From Nitrospirota bacterium (GTDB lineage Bacteria > Nitrospirota > UBA9217): a DNA stretch of 64,000 nucleotides. Shown here in pieces: positions 59,775 through 64,000 of this stretch (within the stretch, counting starts at the first letter, position 1; each line of letters begins with the position of its first letter). The notes below the pieces were generated by a model, which saw nothing but the letters and a program-made list of their open reading frames with translations, did not search any database and was not told where the DNA came from. The stretch lies in the NCBI GenBank assembly GCA_963737155.1, contig CAVTRN010000001.1, forward strand, positions 1,536,001 through 1,600,000, read 5' to 3'. Position numbers and translations under genes: made by a program.

Positions 59775-59884
59775 GGGGCTCCTTTTATTGAAAAAAGGTT
59801 TACCGCGGAGAACGCTCAGGACGCGAGATGACCCTGATTCCGGAATCCGGGAGTTGACTCCGGTGTCTCGGCGGCGAAACGTTT

Positions 59885-61078
59885 TTATTCCTTGTCATCC
59901 GTCAGCGCCGCGAGGCCGGGTAACTCCTTGCCTTCTAACAGCTCCAGCGATGCGCCACCTCCGGTGGAGATGAAGGTAATGCTGTCTGAAACCCCGGCTT
60001 TATGCACGGCCACGTCCGTGTCGCCACCTCCCACGATGGTCGTCGCGTAGGCCTCCGCCACGGATCGCGCTATGGCGAAGGTTCCGCGGGAATAGGCGTC
60101 CTTTTCAAACATGCCCATCGGGCCGTTCCAGATGATGGTTTTAGCATCTTGGATCGCTTCCGAGAAGAGCCTGGTTGTGGCCGGTCCAATGTCAAGGCCG
60201 ACCCATCCCTTCGGAATCTCCTGGGATGTAACGATTTTGGATTCCGCCCCGTCATTCATGTTCTCCGCAGCGACAAAGTCAACGGGCAGGTAAAATTTAA
60301 CGCCTTTTTCGCGAACGCCTTTCCTGAGTCGCTGGGCCATCTCAAGCATTTCCGGTTCAACGAGCGAGGCGCCCACGTCCTGCCCGCGAGCCTTGATGAA
60401 CGTGAAAGCCATAGCGCCGCCCACGATGATCTTGTCGACCTTGTTCTGGAGGTTTTCGATCACGCCGATCTTGCCCGAGACCTTGGCTCCGCCCAGGATT
60501 GCGACAAAGGGACGAACGGGATTCGCAACAGTCTTCTGGAGATATTCGATTTCCTTCTTCATGAGGAAACCGGCTACTGATTGTTTCACGTGTTTTGTAA
60601 TGCCGTATGTGGAAGCATGGGAGCGGTGAGCGGTTCCAAAGGCGTCGTTCACGTACACATCGGTGAAGGCCGCGAGGGCTTTTGAGAATCCATCGTCGTT
60701 CTGCTCCTCTTCGACATGAAATCTCAGGTTCTCAAGGAGTAAGACATCGCCGGGACGCATCCCCGCGACGAGGTGCTCCACCTCAGGGCCGATGCAGTCT
60801 TTGGCAAATTTTACTTCCTTGCTGAGGAGACGATTTAGCCGCAGAGCCACGGGTGCCAGGCTGTACTTGGGACTCGGTTTGCCTTTAGGGCGTCCGAGGT
60901 GTGACGCAAGGATAACCTTTGCGCCTGCATCAAGGGCATAGTTAATCGTTGGGAGTGTGGAACGGATACGGCCGTCGTCGGTGATGTTTCCGTTCTCGTC
61001 AAGCGGCACGTTGAAGTCAGCGCGGATGAAAACCCGCTTGCCCTTGAGATCGACTTTTTCAATGGTCTTTTTGTCCAC
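59885..61078 (-). CDS. pgk: Phosphoglycerate kinase
   Basis: RADFNVP, LLENLRF, NDAFGTAHR, STGGGASL. Confidence 0.98.
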   Translation of the reverse strand: MDKKTIEKVDLKGKRVFIRADFNVPLDENGNITDDGRIRSTLPTINYALDAGAKVILASHLGRPKGKPSPKYSLAPVALRLNRLLSKEVKFAKDCIGPEVEHLVAGMRPGDVLLLENLRFHVEEEQNDDGFSKALAAFTDVYVNDAFGTAHRSHASTYGITKHVKQSVAGFLMKKEIEYLQKTVANPVRPFVAILGGAKVSGKIGVIENLQNKVDKIIVGGAMAFTFIKARGQDVGASLVEPEMLEMAQRLRKGVREKGVKFYLPVDFVAAENMNDGAESKIVTSQEIPKGWVGLDIGPATTRLFSEAIQDAKTIIWNGPMGMFEKDAYSRGTFAIARSVAEAYATTIVGGGDTDVAVHKAGVSDSITFISTGGGASLELLEGKELPGLAALTDDKE

Positions 61079-61138
61079 GCCGGCCCCCCCAAAAATTCGG
61101 TATAAACTGGTAAAAACGATCGCTTTTTTTGAACGGAA

Positions 61139-63555
<2,417 letters not shown>

Positions 63556-64000
63556 TGATAACGTCCTTGCCCTCATGCAAGCCTGAAATGCATCTGAAAA
63601 GACTTATTTTATAGCACAGCGCTTGTTTTATTGTCAATATATTATATTTTCAAAATCTCGCAAGGGCAATAATGCCCTTGACCGGCCTCCGGTTTGTCAG
63701 TATAATATAAATAAATCATTCTTGTTTACATGCAGGTCACCGCACAAATCGTCGACTACACTCCCTAAAAAAAGATAAGGTATGAAGATATATGCAAAAA
63801 ATGGGAAAGAGGTTGTCATTGGGAAGAAGTAAGGGGTACTTGCACGCTACAGGCCCCCAGTTTCGGTTCATCCTTTTTCTCATTGGCCTGCTGATATCCT
63901 ATACTATTTTGCTCCGTGTGTTTCAGAAGCTTGCCGAGATTGTGCAACTCCCTATCTTCCTGCCTATCTCGCTTATTGTACTTCTAATTTTCATTGGCAT

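Overview
The window has two halves. Positions 1-~30800 are an AT-richer, partly decaying accessory/defence island. It holds a CapH/CapP-type HTH+peptidase pair divergent from a Bub-type ubiquitination operon (Ubl, Ser-E2, JAB-E1 fusion, DUF6527) that is translationally coupled to a broken anti-phage dCTP deaminase. It also holds a stand-alone deaminase, a membrane NACHT NTPase, a LEM-3-like GIY-YIG nuclease, a 3-gene operon led by a COMM-domain-like protein, a tRNA-Leu(CAA) 3' att fragment, IS200/IS605, IS256, an ISL3 carrying an MNT-HEPN toxin-antitoxin pair, and a TnsE-like gene. The island ends at a Tn7-like TGT/ACA terminus at 30800 that truncates a chromosomal DUF815 AAA+ gene, while a divergent intact DUF815 gene lies inside the island. 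Positions ~30800-64000 are GC-richer core genome: ahbD, HAD phosphatase, nagA, AEC transporter, two sppA, AsmA-like protein, corA relic, PAS-GGDEF, a radical SAM/SPASM enzyme followed by an unannotated 20-aa Cys-rich peptide, rubrerythrin-like protein, hrcA-grpE-dnaK-dnaJ with a perfect CIRCE, ABC genes, secG-tpiA-pgk-gap and DUF1015. Gene content suggests an anaerobe of the Nitrospirota/Desulfobacterota type (inference only). All family calls come from motif recognition by eye, not from database searches.
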